This document shows, one piece after another, positions 30,742-32,000 of a stretch of 32,000 bases of DNA. The DNA lies in contig NZ_RSDW01000001.1 in NCBI RefSeq assembly GCF_003945235.1, forward strand, positions 810,001-842,000. The letters are read 5' to 3'. A program made the translations under genes and the position numbers. The notes beneath the pieces are model-generated. The model made no database searches. It was given only the letters and a program-made list of their open reading frames with translations, and was not told the origin of the DNA. Within the stretch, counting starts at the first letter, position 1, and each line of letters starts with the position of its first letter. Source of the stretch: Edaphobacter aggregans (GTDB taxonomy: Bacteria > Acidobacteriota > Terriglobia > Terriglobales > Acidobacteriaceae).

Positions 30742-32000
30742 ATGTCCACCACACCAGCACCGGTAGTCAAAGAAACCAAGGCCCAGCGCTCCGAACGCCT
30801 CAAGCTCGCCAAAAATCCCTGGGAAGCCTGGGACGAGGTCCGCGAGTTCGCCCGCAACGGCCGCGACACCGTACTGCCCGAATGGACCGGCCTCTACTTC
30901 AAGTGGTGGGGCGTCTACACCCAGGGCGACGGCCTCGGTGTCACCGGCGGAGCCAACGGCGAAGGCAAAGCCACCGAGTTTTTCATGATGCGCATCGGCC
31001 TCCCCAACGGCATTCTCACCAGTGAGCAGACCCGCGTCATCGGCCAGCTCACCAAAAAGTACGCCCGCAACCTCGCCGACATTACCACCCGCCAGAACAT
31101 CCAGCTCCACTGGCTCACCCTCTCCGGACTCGTCGAAGTAGTCGACGCCCTCACCGCCGTCGGCCTCTCTCCCAAGGGAGCCTGCGGAGACGTCGTCCGC
31201 AACGTCACCGGCTGCCCCCTCGCTGGACTCGACCACACCGAACTCATCGACTCCAGCCCCCTCGCCGTCGAAATCGCCCACCACCTCACGGCAAACCCGG
31301 AGTTCTACAACCTCCCGCGCAAGTTCAAGATCTCCGTCACCGGCTGCCCCGTCTGGTGCACCTACCCCGAGATCAACGACGTAGCCCTCACCGCCATCAA
31401 GCGCACCGTCGATGGCAAGGAAGAGATCGGCTACACCCTCCGCGTAGGCGGCGGCCTCTCCACCGAGCCCCACATCGCCGAGCGCATCCCCGCCTTCATC
31501 CCGCAGGACAAGGCCCTCGAAGTCGTCACCGCCGTAGTCCGCATCTTCAAGGAGCAATCCGAGCTCCGCGAAAACCGCACCCGCGCCCGCATCAAGTACC
31601 TCTTCATGCGCCACGGCTGGACCGCCGAATCCTTCCTCGTCGCTCTCGAAGAAAAGCTCGACTACAAACTCGATCCCAACCCCGCATCCGCCGACACCGT
31701 CCCCGCCGACATCTACCGCGACCATGTCGGCATCACGTCGCAGCGCCAGCCCGGTCTCTCCTCCGTCGGAGCCTCCGTACTCAACGGACGTCTCTCAGGC
31801 GACCAGCTCATCGCCCTCGCCGACCTCGCCGACAAGTACGGCAACGGCCAGCTCCGCGCCACGATCGGCCAGAACATCCTCATCGTCAACGTCCCCGATC
31901 GCGAGACCGCGGCCCTCGTCATCGAGCTCAACACCCTCAACCTCCACGTCGACGTCTCGGCCTTCTGGCGCGGCGCCATCGCCTGCACCGGCACCGAGTT
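30742..32000 (+). CDS. ferredoxin-type sulfite/nitrite reductase hemoprotein (NirA/Sir family), 3'-truncated by the window end
   Basis: This CDS is not in the ORF track because it has no stop in the window. My translation from the ATG at 30742 (aAAGGAttccatcATG) reads MSTTPAPVVKETKAQRSERLKLAKNPWEAW...LYFKWWGVYTQGD...FFMMRIGLPNGILTSEQTRVIGQLTKKYARNLADITTRQNIQLHWL...GACGDVVRNVTGCP...RKFKISVTGCPVWCTYPEINDVAL...LRVGGGLS...NRTRARIKYL...ACTGTEF. The repeated NIR_SIR ferredoxin-like half-domains and the Cys cluster are recognisable. The antisense ORFs 30712..31725 and 31713..31994 are shadows. Confidence 0.85.
   Translation, partial: MSTTPAPVVKETKAQRSERLKLAKNPWEAWDEVREFARNGRDTVLPEWTGLYFKWWGVYTQGDGLGVTGGANGEGKATEFFMMRIGLPNGILTSEQTRVIGQLTKKYARNLADITTRQNIQLHWLTLSGLVEVVDALTAVGLSPKGACGDVVRNVTGCPLAGLDHTELIDSSPLAVEIAHHLTANPEFYNLPRKFKISVTGCPVWCTYPEINDVALTAIKRTVDGKEEIGYTLRVGGGLSTEPHIAERIPAFIPQDKALEVVTAVVRIFKEQSELRENRTRARIKYLFMRHGWTAESFLVALEEKLDYKLDPNPASADTVPADIYRDHVGITSQRQPGLSSVGASVLNGRLSGDQLIALADLADKYGNGQLRATIGQNILIVNVPDRETAALVIELNTLNLHVDVSAFWRGAIACTGTE

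Overview
This is a high-GC chromosomal segment with about 21 protein-coding genes. I recognised no rRNA, tRNA, CRISPR array, transposase or integrase. Gene content and the GTCATCC..GAGCGAAG-type intergenic repeats suggest an Acidobacteriota-like soil bacterium, but the taxon is inference only.

Gene order, left to right:
- A SnoaL/NTF2-like protein and a secreted histidine phosphatase.
- A tight 4-gene putative iron-uptake operon: an FTR1 permease fused to a DUF2318 cysteine-rich domain, two FtsX/MacB-type permeases and an ABC ATPase.
- Exported GH36 alpha-galactosidase and GH42 beta-galactosidase.
- Glucuronate isomerase (uxaC) and a coiled-coil/beta-barrel outer-membrane protein.
- Exported GH20 hexosaminidase, nagA, an orphan Hsp70/YegD-like ATPase, a Tat-exported GH28 hydrolase and a BadF/BadG-type sugar kinase.
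- A roughly 1,435-codon ORF fusing a sodium:solute symporter, a beta-lactamase-fold hydrolase and a DUF1343/NamZ-like module.
- An orphan phoU.
- Two tandem DUF4126-like membrane paralogs followed by an RclA/MerA-like flavoprotein disulfide reductase.
- A decayed PD40/TolB-like gene remnant.
- A 3'-truncated ferredoxin-type sulfite/nitrite reductase that is absent from the supplied ORF track because it runs off the window.

The most interesting items are:
- the three-way transporter-enzyme fusion, which retains a signal-peptide-like segment at its first junction;
- the iron module, which lacks a P19-type periplasmic iron-binding protein;
- the duplicated DUF4126 genes, which share a conserved leader and sit next to a redox flavoprotein;
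- a strong but patchy strand compositional asymmetry that changes sign inside the FTR1 gene.

All family assignments are from motif recognition by eye. No searches were run.
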